Assembly (NCBI GenBank): GCA_963730935.1
Contig: CAVSTP010000004.1
Span: 608,001-672,000, forward strand
DNA: 64,000 nt
Source: an uncultured Nitrospiraceae bacterium
GTDB taxonomy: Bacteria; Nitrospirota; Nitrospiria; Nitrospirales; Nitrospiraceae
Reading direction: 5' to 3'
Numbering within the stretch: position 1 is the stretch's first letter; each line of letters starts with the position of its first letter. Both the position numbers and the translations under genes were made by a program. This document shows positions 31,375 to 40,788 of this stretch, in pieces. Under the pieces are notes generated by a model. The model did no database searches. It saw only the letters and a program-made list of their open reading frames with translations, and was not told where the DNA came from.

Positions 31375-31992
31375 TCACGCGCTTGGGAAGCCCCGCAGAG
31401 ACCGACGTCGTTGCCCCGCCAGGAAACACTCCGCTGTGTGATCATTCACCATACCCACCGCCTGCATGAACGCGTAGACGATCGTGCTGCCGACGAACCG
31501 AAACCCTCGCTGTTTGAGATCCTTCGAGAGCAGATCGCTCTGCCGGGTCCTGACGGGGATGTCGGTGCCACGCTTCCACCGGTTAACGATCGGCTTCCCT
31601 TCCACGAACTGCCAGAGATAGATGTCGAACGTTCCGAAGACGTGTTGGACCGCGAGGAAGGCCTGGGCGTTCGTCACCGCGGCGTCGATTTTCAAGCGGT
31701 TTCGGATGATCCTCGTATCACGCAGTAATACGCTCTTCTTGATCCGGTCAAACCTGGAGATCCGGACCGGATCGAAGTCGGCAAAAGCCTGACGATACCC
31801 CTCCCGCCGGCGCAACACCGTATCCCAGCTCAGACCTGCCTGCGCTCCTTCCAAGAGCAACATCTCAAAGAGCCGACGGTCATCATGCACGGGCCTTCCC
31901 CACTCGGTGTCGTGATAGCGAATCATATGAGGGGTGACTCCAGCCCAGCTGCACCGCCGTTTCTTGATGTCCGAAGAAGAGCGGTCAGCCAT
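31375..31992 (-). CDS. tag: DNA-3-methyladenine glycosylase I
   Basis: RCSW, YHDTEWG, LEGAQAGLSW, IIRNRLKI, GMVNDH..C. Confidence 0.95.
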   Translation of the reverse strand: MADRSSSDIKKRRCSWAGVTPHMIRYHDTEWGRPVHDDRRLFEMLLLEGAQAGLSWDTVLRRREGYRQAFADFDPVRISRFDRIKKSVLLRDTRIIRNRLKIDAAVTNAQAFLAVQHVFGTFDIYLWQFVEGKPIVNRWKRGTDIPVRTRQSDLLSKDLKQRGFRFVGSTIVYAFMQAVGMVNDHTAECFLAGQRRRSLRGFPSA

Positions 31993-32319
31993 AGGGCCCA
32001 TTCTAGACGGCTGGACCGACGCAGCTCAACGGCAAGGGTGACGATGCGTGTGGACTCGCGCGTTTCCTAGTCAGCGAATTCCGAGGCGAAATCACGCGCG
32101 AGGACAGGTTGTCCCCGCTGCGCAGTGTCCTTCCGCTTAATATGGATGAGTTGGACCATGAATTCTTTTCAACCCGCAGAATAGTTGTTGTTGTTCATAG
32201 ACATGCCTGGATGCTGCGCGTTTCATGACACCGGTACGATATGTGCTTTGAGCAGTATTCTCGGTGTACCACTCAAAGACTCACGGGCCAGTCCTTACAC
32301 ATGACGGAAGGAGGGTGAC

Positions 32320-33891
32320 ATGAAATCGCCGACACTGCCGGTCTGCATCGCCATACTTGTCCTTGCCGGCTGCAGCCACACCATTCCCGAAACCGCAACC
32401 AAACCGCAGGCGCCGCCTCAACTCGGAAAAACACCTCCGGTCATCCAGCCGCTGAGCGCCGGTCAAAAACAGGCGCAGGCTCCCGAGTCATTATTGCCGG
32501 TGACGATGACGGCCGACCTCACGCCGGTGCAGAAGACGATCCAAGCGGCATTGCCCGAACGATTTACCGAAGAGCACCATCCGCTCAGCAGCGACTATCG
32601 CTGGCGGTTTATCCGTGAAGGCGAGCCTCAGGTGCAGATTCAAGACGGGCTAGTGAAATTCAATGCGACCTACCGAGGAGAGATTGAATCCACCGCCGCC
32701 CGCGCCTGCCGGCTGGATCCGCTCTACACCGTGCTCGAAGGCACAGGACATCTTGCGATGCGTGAACAGGAGCAGGGACTGCTCGTGACGATGAGCGATC
32801 CACAGACTTCATTCAGTCTGAAGCCGGAAAGCGATACCAAGTGCAACATGTTCAATATGCCGGTGCAGGATCAACTCGCCGAACTCTTCAAACAGGAAGC
32901 GGTGAAACAGCAGATCACCCAGTCGATCGAAGAGGCGGGCTACATCATCCCGTTGAATCTGGTCTGGGACCGGCTGCAGGAGGCTATACCAGTCGGGTCG
33001 GCCAACAACAAACTGTGCTTCTACGGAAAGGCCAAGGATTTTGCGATCGGCTCCATGAAGGGCCCTGCCCAGAACACGACGATCACCGGCGTGGTCCGGC
33101 AAACGCCGGTCGCGCTGTATCAGACGCCCTGTCAAAAGGCAACCGCGGCACCCCTTAAGGTTCATATGGACAACTCGGCGGCTGCGCTGCAGGAGGGCCA
33201 GCCCTATAAACTGCTGCTTTCGGTCCCGGTGCCCTATGCCGTTCTCAATCAACAATTACAAGAGAAGTTGTATCACCAGGAGGCACACCTTCCGACCACC
33301 CTAGGCAGCACGCTCGTCATCGAACGCGTCGTCGCCTCTGACGTCAACGGCCGTACTTTGCTCGCCGTCGATACGAGCGACGCCGTCAAGGGCACGCTGT
33401 ATTATTGGGGGACACCGCAGTTGGAACACGAGGGGAACATCATCACGATCCCCGACCTTCAGATCGCCAATGAAACTAAAATGGCCCTCGAGGAAATCAA
33501 GTCAGGCTATTGGCAGATGGTGAACGACGAGCTGCAACCGCGCTTGCGGCAAGCGTCGACCATTGACCTGACGCAGCGGATCGGCAGCATGAAACAAGCC
33601 CTGAGCGGCCAACACAAGTCGGGCGGATTGAACATGGATCTGCTGTTCGCGAAACAGGAAGCGAGCCAGGTCGTCAGCACCAAGGACGCCTTGGTCGCCG
33701 ACGTGTTGCTCGAAGGCACGGCCAGTGCCGCCAGCCGGCTGCCGGTGAAGCAAGCGTCGCGCACCGACGTGATCCAACCGGTGGCTGTCGACAAAGCCGC
33801 GCCCGTCGACAAATCGGCGACGATACAAAAGTCCCCGGCGAATGAAAAGTCGCCGAAGGAAGCGCGCGTTCCCGAAGAAGAACGGCGGTAG
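32320..33891 (+). CDS. Lipoprotein, DUF4403-like
   Basis: Lipobox LAGC; GTLYYWGTP...IPDL segment recalls DUF4403. Confidence 0.7.
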   Translation: MKSPTLPVCIAILVLAGCSHTIPETATKPQAPPQLGKTPPVIQPLSAGQKQAQAPESLLPVTMTADLTPVQKTIQAALPERFTEEHHPLSSDYRWRFIREGEPQVQIQDGLVKFNATYRGEIESTAARACRLDPLYTVLEGTGHLAMREQEQGLLVTMSDPQTSFSLKPESDTKCNMFNMPVQDQLAELFKQEAVKQQITQSIEEAGYIIPLNLVWDRLQEAIPVGSANNKLCFYGKAKDFAIGSMKGPAQNTTITGVVRQTPVALYQTPCQKATAAPLKVHMDNSAAALQEGQPYKLLLSVPVPYAVLNQQLQEKLYHQEAHLPTTLGSTLVIERVVASDVNGRTLLAVDTSDAVKGTLYYWGTPQLEHEGNIITIPDLQIANETKMALEEIKSGYWQMVNDELQPRLRQASTIDLTQRIGSMKQALSGQHKSGGLNMDLLFAKQEASQVVSTKDALVADVLLEGTASAASRLPVKQASRTDVIQPVAVDKAAPVDKSATIQKSPANEKSPKEARVPEEERR

Positions 33892-33906
33892 GTCCTTCCC
33901 GTCCTT

Positions 33907-33938
33907 GAGGGAGGTCGGTCCGACCTCCCTCTTGTTTT
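33907..33938 (+). terminator. Rho-independent terminator between convergent genes
   Basis: GAGGGAGGTCG-GTC-CGACCTCCCTC followed by TTGTTTT. Confidence 0.8.
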
Positions 33939-34908
33939 ACCAGGCATAGGCTTCCGGGGCCGGTCCACCCGGCCCCGGGAACAGTTCGTCCATCCGCTTC
34001 AAGGTCTCTGCGCCCAACGTGAGATTCATCACGCGCATCGTGCCGTCCAACTGTTCCAGCGTCCGAGGACCGATGATCGGAGACGTCACGGCGGGTTGAT
34101 GCAGCAGCCACGCCAGCGCCACATCGGCCTGGCGCTCACCAAGTTCCTGGCAGAGCCGTTCGAACGCTTCGAGTTTCGCGCGGTGCTTCTGCACCGTCTG
34201 TTGGAGATCTTGATCGGCGCGCCGGCCGACGGTCGCGGGAGTTAAGGCGCCGGCCAGCAACCCTCGAGCGAGCGGACTCCAGGGAATGAGCCCGATGCCA
34301 TACGCTATACAGGCCGGAATGACTTCGAGTTCGATCGTCCTCTCGGTCAGATTGTAGAGACTCTGCTCAGAGACGATGCCGAGGAAGTGACGGCTGCGGG
34401 CGAGCTCCTGCCCCTGCGCCAGCTGCCACCCGGCAAAATTGCTGGTGCCGGCATACAGAATCTTCCCCTCCCGCACCAACTGCTCCATAGCCTGCCAGAT
34501 TTCGTCCCAGGGCGTCTCGCGGTCGACATGGTGCATCTGGTACAGATCGATGCAGTCCGTCTGAAGACGCCGCAAACTCGCTTCACAGGCGCGCTTGATG
34601 TGCAACGCCGAGAGCCGCGATGCATTCGGCCAATCCCCCATTCGACCGTACACCTTGGTCGCGAGCACGACCTTCTCCCGTCGCCCGCTGCCCTGCGCAA
34701 ACCAACGCCCGAGAATCTGTTCGGTCCATCCCTCTCCAAGCTTCCACCCGTAGACGTTCGCCGTGTCGAAAAAGTTCAATCCCAGCTCCAGCGCACGGTC
34801 CATGATCGCAAAACCGTCCGCTTCGGTGCTTTCCGGTCCAAAATTCATGGTGCCGAGACAGAGCCGGCTCACCTTGACGCCCGAGCGCCCGAGTTGTACG
34901 TATTGCAT
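33937..34908 (-). CDS. Aldo/keto reductase
   Basis: LGRSGVKVSRLCLGTM, DTANVYG, ATK, DLYQMH, WSPLARG. Confidence 0.92.
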   Translation of the reverse strand: MQYVQLGRSGVKVSRLCLGTMNFGPESTEADGFAIMDRALELGLNFFDTANVYGWKLGEGWTEQILGRWFAQGSGRREKVVLATKVYGRMGDWPNASRLSALHIKRACEASLRRLQTDCIDLYQMHHVDRETPWDEIWQAMEQLVREGKILYAGTSNFAGWQLAQGQELARSRHFLGIVSEQSLYNLTERTIELEVIPACIAYGIGLIPWSPLARGLLAGALTPATVGRRADQDLQQTVQKHRAKLEAFERLCQELGERQADVALAWLLHQPAVTSPIIGPRTLEQLDGTMRVMNLTLGAETLKRMDELFPGPGGPAPEAYAW

Positions 34909-34927
34909 GGCCCCACTCTCCTCAGCG

Positions 34928-35773
34928 TCAGATGCCGATCGTCTCGATGCGTTCGACCTCGTCCGGCGTGAGCGTGAACTGATCGGCCCGCAGATCGTCC
35001 GCCATGTGCTGGGCATTCGTGGTGCCCGTCAACGGGACCATGCCGATCTGCATGGCGAACCGAAAGACTACTTGTGCCACGCCGGTGCCGTATGTTTCAG
35101 CCATGGCGCGAATGGCGGGGTCGATAAAGACTTCCCTGTTTGCGGTGAGCAGCGAGAAGCCTTGGTACACAATGCCCTGAGTGCGACACAGATCGCGCAC
35201 AGCTTTGTCCCACCCGAAGGCCGCATAGCAACGATTTTGGACGACCATTGGACGATGCGCCGCCCGATCACACAGGAGCGCGAGTTGGCCTGCCGAGACG
35301 TTGCTGACCCCGATCAGTTTCGTCCTGCCGCTTGTGTACAGCGATTCAATGGCCGCCCACACCTCCCAATCCTCCGGTCCCAAGCCGCCGCGATGATACG
35401 GACCGTGCAGGACGTAGGAATCGAGATAGTCGGTGTGAAGATGGGCCAGTGAACTTTCAAAAGATTGCAGGACCTGGGCGGTGATGCTGGCGGTGACATC
35501 ATAGGGCGTGCGGTGGTCCTGTCCATTGACGGGCGTGAATTTAGTTTGGAGGAACAATCCGTCGCGTGCCACGCCTTCCTCGCGCAAGCGCAGCAGCGCC
35601 TCCCCCACCAGCGTCTCGTCATAGTGAATCAGCTGGTTTGCCGTGTCGATCGCCGTGAAGCCCGCCTTGACGGCTTCGAGCACGAGCGGCGTGGTGGCCT
35701 CCTTCTTCCAGGCAGTTCCATACATGAATCCAGGAATCGTGACCCCATTGTAGCTCGTCATGGTCATGGCCAT
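34928..35773 (-). CDS. Aldo/keto reductase (second, divergent)
   Basis: YGTAWK, IDTAN, QTKF, LDSYVLH, IGVSN. Confidence 0.88.
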   Translation of the reverse strand: MAMTMTSYNGVTIPGFMYGTAWKKEATTPLVLEAVKAGFTAIDTANQLIHYDETLVGEALLRLREEGVARDGLFLQTKFTPVNGQDHRTPYDVTASITAQVLQSFESSLAHLHTDYLDSYVLHGPYHRGGLGPEDWEVWAAIESLYTSGRTKLIGVSNVSAGQLALLCDRAAHRPMVVQNRCYAAFGWDKAVRDLCRTQGIVYQGFSLLTANREVFIDPAIRAMAETYGTGVAQVVFRFAMQIGMVPLTGTTNAQHMADDLRADQFTLTPDEVERIETIGI

Positions 35774-35861
35774 GGCCCAGTCGTCCTCCTTGCGCTGCTG
35801 CTTCCTCACCATACACAGTTCCCTGTCGCAGTCTCAACGTGAGAATTGGTACAGTGCGGTC

Positions 35862-36185
35862 ATGGATTCTGACCATCAGATCGTCGAGTTGCGGATGAGT
35901 TATCGGTATGCCAAGCAGCATCCATGGGTGGTCCAAGCCGTCAACGGCTTTCTGTCGGCCTATTTCATGGAGCAGCCGGGCTTTCGTGTGCAGCGACACT
36001 TTGATGAGTTGGAATCCGGCATGCATGTCTGGCTGTGCGAAGTACCGGAAGCGAAGACGATGAGTCGGTTGCTGCGGCGCCTGAAAGCGGATCTGCCCGC
36101 CTTCCGTCACACGGAACATCAGGCGACCACCGGCTCGCGGCCGCAGTACATGATTGATTGTCCAGAGCCCTCTCCAACCGGCTAA
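35862..36185 (+). CDS. Hypothetical protein
   Basis: ORF directly after an extended -10 TGGTACAGT. Confidence 0.65.
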   Translation: MDSDHQIVELRMSYRYAKQHPWVVQAVNGFLSAYFMEQPGFRVQRHFDELESGMHVWLCEVPEAKTMSRLLRRLKADLPAFRHTEHQATTGSRPQYMIDCPEPSPTG

Positions 36186-36266
36186 GGTTTCAGGCCGTCA
36201 GAATTTGCCGGAGACGTGTCCAAATGCCGGGAGAATAGTATACTGAGGAGACGGGAGGTGTGTGCG

Positions 36267-37355
36267 ATGCCTCGGGTGCTCGTGCTCGGCGCAGGAAAGA
36301 TCGGCTCGCTGGTCGCCTGCCTGCTCTCCCAGCAAGGCAGCTACGACGTCCATCTAGGGGACGTAACGCTCGATACCCCGAAGCATTTGGTGGAAGACCT
36401 TGGTCTTTCCCGCGTCACACCCGCAGTTCTCGACGTGAGGGAGGGAGAAGCGGTCGCAACCTATCTGAGCGCGCATCCGGTCGACGCGATCATCTCGAGC
36501 CTGCCCTACTTTTGCAATCCGACCGTTGCCACGCTGGCCTTGAAGCACGGCTGCCACTATTTCGATCTGACGGAGGATGTCGAGGTCACCGATCAGATCC
36601 GGACGATGGCCGAGGGCGCGGCGCATGCCTTCATGCCGCAGTGTGGTCTGGCCCCTGGCTTCATCAGCGTCGTCACACACGACCTCATGACGCATTTCGA
36701 AACATTGGACCACGTCAAGATGCGCGTGGGCGCGCTCCCCGTGCACCCCAGCAATGCGCTCAAATATTCGCTGACCTGGTCCACCGACGGCCTGATCAAT
36801 GAATACGGCAATCTCTGCTACGGCATCGAAGAAGGCCGCAAGATTCCCCTGCAGCCCCTGGAAGGCTACGAGACGATCGAGCTGGACGGACTCTTGTACG
36901 AGGCTTTCAATACGTCGGGCGGGTTGGGCACGCTGGCCGACACCTCAGTGGGGCGCGTGAAAACGATGAACTATAAAACCTTGCGCTATCCCGGTCACTG
37001 CGAAAAAATCCACCTGCTGATGAAGGATCTCCGGCTCAACGAAGACCGCAAGACGCTCAAGCGGGTGCTTGAGCACGCGATTCCACAGACATTGCAAGAT
37101 GTCGTGCTGATCTATGCGTCGGTGACCGGAACGAAACAGGGCGAATTTTTCGAAGAAAGCTACGTCAAGAAAGTCTATCCCCAATGCATCAAAGGTAAGC
37201 TCTGGTCGGCCATCCAGGTGACTACCGCCTCGAGCGTCTGCTGCGTCATGGACCTCGTGCTGCGGCATCCCCACGCCCCCCGTGGCTTCGTCACGCAGGA
37301 ATCGATTCCCTTGAAAGATTTTCTGGCCAACGACTTTGGAGTCTATTACCGATGA
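36267..37355 (+). CDS. Saccharopine dehydrogenase family / lysine 6-dehydrogenase-like
   Basis: GAGKIG, YFDLTED, CGLAPG, TWSTDGLINEY, EAFNTSGG, YKTLRYPGH. Confidence 0.88.
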   Translation: MPRVLVLGAGKIGSLVACLLSQQGSYDVHLGDVTLDTPKHLVEDLGLSRVTPAVLDVREGEAVATYLSAHPVDAIISSLPYFCNPTVATLALKHGCHYFDLTEDVEVTDQIRTMAEGAAHAFMPQCGLAPGFISVVTHDLMTHFETLDHVKMRVGALPVHPSNALKYSLTWSTDGLINEYGNLCYGIEEGRKIPLQPLEGYETIELDGLLYEAFNTSGGLGTLADTSVGRVKTMNYKTLRYPGHCEKIHLLMKDLRLNEDRKTLKRVLEHAIPQTLQDVVLIYASVTGTKQGEFFEESYVKKVYPQCIKGKLWSAIQVTTASSVCCVMDLVLRHPHAPRGFVTQESIPLKDFLANDFGVYYR

Positions 37356-38881
37356 GTACCATCCATGCCGCGCTCAAAGCGCTCGGCATTCAGGCCGTGA
37401 ATTCGGGAGGCAGCACGGGCAAACACTGGTGGTCCGATCATGCGGCCCGCTCGTTGCTCCAGTCCGTCAACCCGGCGACCGGCGAAGCCATTGCTGCGGT
37501 CCGATCCTGCACGGCCCAAGACTATGAGCACATCGTGGCGCAGGTCTGCGAAACGTTCACGACATGGCGCACGGTCCCTGCGCCGAAGCGGGGCGAGTTG
37601 GTTCGTCTGATCGGCCAGGCCTTGCGGGAAAAAAAGGACCAGCTCGGCACACTCGTATCGCTCGAGGTCGGAAAGATCAAGGCCGAGGGCGACGGCGAAG
37701 TACAGGAAATGATCGACATGGCCGACTTCGCCGTCGGGCAATCGCGCATGCTCTACGGCGCGACGATGCAGTCTGAACGGCCCGCTCATCGGATGAGCGA
37801 ACAGTGGCATCCCCTCGGACCGGTCGGTGTCATCACCGCCTTCAACTTTCCGGTGGCGGTCTGGGCCTGGAATGCGTTTCTCGCCGCCATCGCCGGTGAC
37901 CCCGTCATCTGGAAACCCTCGCCGAAAGCGCCGCTGTGCGCCATTGCAGTGCAGCAGATCTGCAACCAGGTCATGGAGCAGCAGGGGTACTCGGGCATTT
38001 TTTCGCTGTTCATCACCGATCAGCCGTCGCTGGCCGAGACCATGGTCCGCGATCCCCGGTTGCCCTTGATCTCGTTCACCGGATCCGTTCCCGTGGGCCG
38101 GCACGTGGCCGCGCTGGTCGGCCAGCGGCTGGGCCGCACACTCCTCGAGCTGAGCGGCAACAATGCCGTCATCGTCGATGACAGTGCGGACATGGATCTG
38201 GCCGTTCGGGCCATCGTCTTCGGTGCGGTCGGGACCGCCGGTCAGCGGTGCACGACGACCCGGCGGGTGCTCGTTCATGAGTCCTGCGCGGATGAGTTGC
38301 TCGACCGCCTGGTCAAAGCCTATAAGCAAGTGCGCATCGGCAATCCGCTGGATGCGGACGTGCTGCTGGGCCCGCTCATCGATCACGTCGCCGTCGAGAC
38401 CTACCGTGCCGCGATCGACGAGATCAAGAAGGAAGGCGGCGAGATCGTCCACGGAGGCCGCGTGTTGAGCCGTCCGGGCTACTTTGTGGAGCCGACGATC
38501 GTGCGAGCCAAACCGCAGTGGCCTCTGGTGCAACGGGAGACCTTTGCACCGATTCTCTATGTCATGACCTACCGGACGCTCGACGAAGCGTTGGCCATCC
38601 AGAACGGGGTCCCGCAAGGCTTGTCGTCGGCGATCTTCACGAATAATTTGCGGCACGGCGAACGGTTTGTGTCAGCGTCGGGCAGCGACTGCGGCATCGC
38701 GAACATCAATATCGGAACCTCCGGAGCGGAAATCGGCGGGGCCTTCGGGGGCGAGAAGGAGACCGGCGGCGGCCGGGAAGCCGGATCCGACGCCTGGAAA
38801 GCGTACATGCGGCGGCAAACCAACACGGTCAATTGGGGCACCGATCTACCCTTGGCACAAGGCATTAAATTCGGCTCCTAA
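37352..38881 (+). CDS. ALDH7-type aminoadipate-semialdehyde / P6C dehydrogenase
   Basis: EGDGEVQEMID, AFNFPVAVWAWN, LELSGNNA, GTAGQRCT, GAEIGGAFGGEKETGGGRE. Confidence 0.9.
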   Translation: MSTIHAALKALGIQAVNSGGSTGKHWWSDHAARSLLQSVNPATGEAIAAVRSCTAQDYEHIVAQVCETFTTWRTVPAPKRGELVRLIGQALREKKDQLGTLVSLEVGKIKAEGDGEVQEMIDMADFAVGQSRMLYGATMQSERPAHRMSEQWHPLGPVGVITAFNFPVAVWAWNAFLAAIAGDPVIWKPSPKAPLCAIAVQQICNQVMEQQGYSGIFSLFITDQPSLAETMVRDPRLPLISFTGSVPVGRHVAALVGQRLGRTLLELSGNNAVIVDDSADMDLAVRAIVFGAVGTAGQRCTTTRRVLVHESCADELLDRLVKAYKQVRIGNPLDADVLLGPLIDHVAVETYRAAIDEIKKEGGEIVHGGRVLSRPGYFVEPTIVRAKPQWPLVQRETFAPILYVMTYRTLDEALAIQNGVPQGLSSAIFTNNLRHGERFVSASGSDCGIANINIGTSGAEIGGAFGGEKETGGGREAGSDAWKAYMRRQTNTVNWGTDLPLAQGIKFGS

Positions 38882-38905
38882 CCTTGGTGGAAGAGGACGG
38901 GCGCT

Positions 38906-39502
38906 ATGGATATGAACCGCGAGCTCGATGGGTTGCTAGAACGGATGGTGACGGAGTATGTGGCACGCAACCGGGCGGCGAAAATCCTGAGAGGCTTGCT
39001 CGAGGAGGCCGGTGTGGGGTTTTACCCGGTCGTCGATCACGTGACATTGCGCACGCTGGACATCGACCGGCGCGCTGAGGCGTTCGTCACACTCGGGTAT
39101 ACCTATGATGAAACCTTGCAGTACGACGACTGGTACGCGAAGGTGTACCGGAAGACTGGCTATCCGGCCCTCTTCGTGGATCAAGCCTATGCGGACACCC
39201 GGGGGAAAACCAGCATCATCCCGGGATGGGTGGCCGCCTTCGGCGACCAGGTCTTTCACCATGTGGCGGTGCGCGTCGAGGATATCGACCGGGCGGTCTC
39301 CCGGCTGAAGAGCAACGGCGTGGAGTTTGCGGGTAGCGTCGTCGGCCCCGCCGGCGGCCAACTCCGTCAGATTTTTTCAGCCCCAGAAATGGTGAGTGGA
39401 CAGCCGTTCACAGTGCTCGAACTTGCAGAGCGGCATCGCGGCTATCAGGGGTTCCTCCCGCCGCAAGCCGACAGCTTGATGAAGTCGACCGCTCCGCAGT
39501 GA
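38906..39502 (+). CDS. VOC-fold metalloenzyme, DUF1338/HglS-like
   Basis: DHVTLRT...HHVAVRV...LRQIF...LELAER...YQGF, a His/His/Glu triad pattern. Confidence 0.65.
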   Translation: MDMNRELDGLLERMVTEYVARNRAAKILRGLLEEAGVGFYPVVDHVTLRTLDIDRRAEAFVTLGYTYDETLQYDDWYAKVYRKTGYPALFVDQAYADTRGKTSIIPGWVAAFGDQVFHHVAVRVEDIDRAVSRLKSNGVEFAGSVVGPAGGQLRQIFSAPEMVSGQPFTVLELAERHRGYQGFLPPQADSLMKSTAPQ

Positions 39503-39505
39503 GCG

Positions 39506-40645
39506 TCAAGCGGAGTGGGATGCAGACTGCACGCGCGCATCAACCGGCTTCAGGAAGGCTGGGCCTTCAATGGGGAGCCGGATCTCGAACGTCGTGCCCA
39601 GGCCCGGCTCGCTCTCCACGGTGATGCGTCCCCCGTGCATGTCGACGACGTCCTTGACGATCTTTGTGCCCAGTCCCGTCCCGCCGGTCTTATTACTCAC
39701 CAGACGATTCGTGAACAGATGGTCCCGTATCTCGGCAGACATACCATTACCCGTGTCCGTCACGCGGAGCCGGATGCAATCGTCCCCGGCCTCGTGGAAC
39801 CCGCCGATCGTGACGAGGCCGTGAGACGGCACCTCGGGGATCGCATTATTGACGAGATTATAGAGCAGTGAATACAGCCGCGCTTCATCTCCGGCGATCG
39901 CCGGCAACCCCTGCAATCCCTCCATGCGCAGTGTGACCTGTCGCTGTTCTGCGGCCGAGCGCAAGGACTTGACGACGCTCTCGGCGATCTTGCCGATGAC
40001 GCAGGGTTCGAACTTTTGCGAGACACGCGTCACCGCCGCATAATCGGCGATCGCCTTCATGCGGTCCTGAATGCGGCGGGAGGTGTTGCGGAACATCGTG
40101 ATCACCTCCTCGCATGCCGAGTGGCTTTGTTCGGCACGCGCCCGCTCCATCGTCGGTAGGTGGCGGAAGACATCGTCAATCTCTTCGGCGAGGAGATCGG
40201 TGCCGACGACCAGCGGCATCAGAAGATTTTTGACGTCGTGCGTAATCTCTCCCATCAGCTTCGTGATCTCCACCCGCTGACCCATCCGATCGATGATCGT
40301 GGACACCGTTTGGTCGATCTGACCCTGTTCGAAGGGCTTGGTGATGAAATCGACGGCGCCTTCCTTCATCGCCTCGACCGCGAGCCGAATGGTGCCGTAG
40401 GCCGTCACGACGACGATCGGCAGGTTCGGCCACCGTTTTCTAATCAGTTTGAGCGCTTCGATCCCGTTGAGACGGGGCATCGAGACGTCGAGAAACGCCA
40501 GATCTAGCGCATGCGCTTCGACGGCCGCGAGCGCCGCCTGGCCATCGGCCGCGGTGACGACCTCATGGCCGAGCCAGCGCAATCGTTCCGAGAGACTCAT
40601 GCTGATATCGGGATCGTCGTCGGCGACCAGTATGCGAATAGCCAT
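39506..40645 (-). CDS. Cytoplasmic hybrid receiver + histidine kinase
   Basis: REC (ADDD, DVSMP, KPF), H-box THDVKN, N box NLVNNA, DTGNGM, GTGLG. Confidence 0.92.
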   Translation of the reverse strand: MAIRILVADDDPDISMSLSERLRWLGHEVVTAADGQAALAAVEAHALDLAFLDVSMPRLNGIEALKLIRKRWPNLPIVVVTAYGTIRLAVEAMKEGAVDFITKPFEQGQIDQTVSTIIDRMGQRVEITKLMGEITHDVKNLLMPLVVGTDLLAEEIDDVFRHLPTMERARAEQSHSACEEVITMFRNTSRRIQDRMKAIADYAAVTRVSQKFEPCVIGKIAESVVKSLRSAAEQRQVTLRMEGLQGLPAIAGDEARLYSLLYNLVNNAIPEVPSHGLVTIGGFHEAGDDCIRLRVTDTGNGMSAEIRDHLFTNRLVSNKTGGTGLGTKIVKDVVDMHGGRITVESEPGLGTTFEIRLPIEGPAFLKPVDARVQSASHSA

Positions 40646-40671
40646 GGCGTTCCTCCTGCGAGCGGTAACTC

Positions 40672-40687
40672 AGCAAGAAATGCGCCA
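40672..40687 (-). promoter_or_regulatory. Putative sigma54 promoter of the hybrid kinase
   Basis: Minus strand TGGCGCATTTCTTGCT, a near-consensus -24/-12. Confidence 0.7.
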
Positions 40688-40788
40688 TTTTTCTCGACAC
40701 AGATTTTCAACGGTTTGAGCGGAAAGGCCTGAAGAACCAACGCCTTAACTGGATCAGTTTAGATGGAGGCCGGATCAAAATGGATTCG

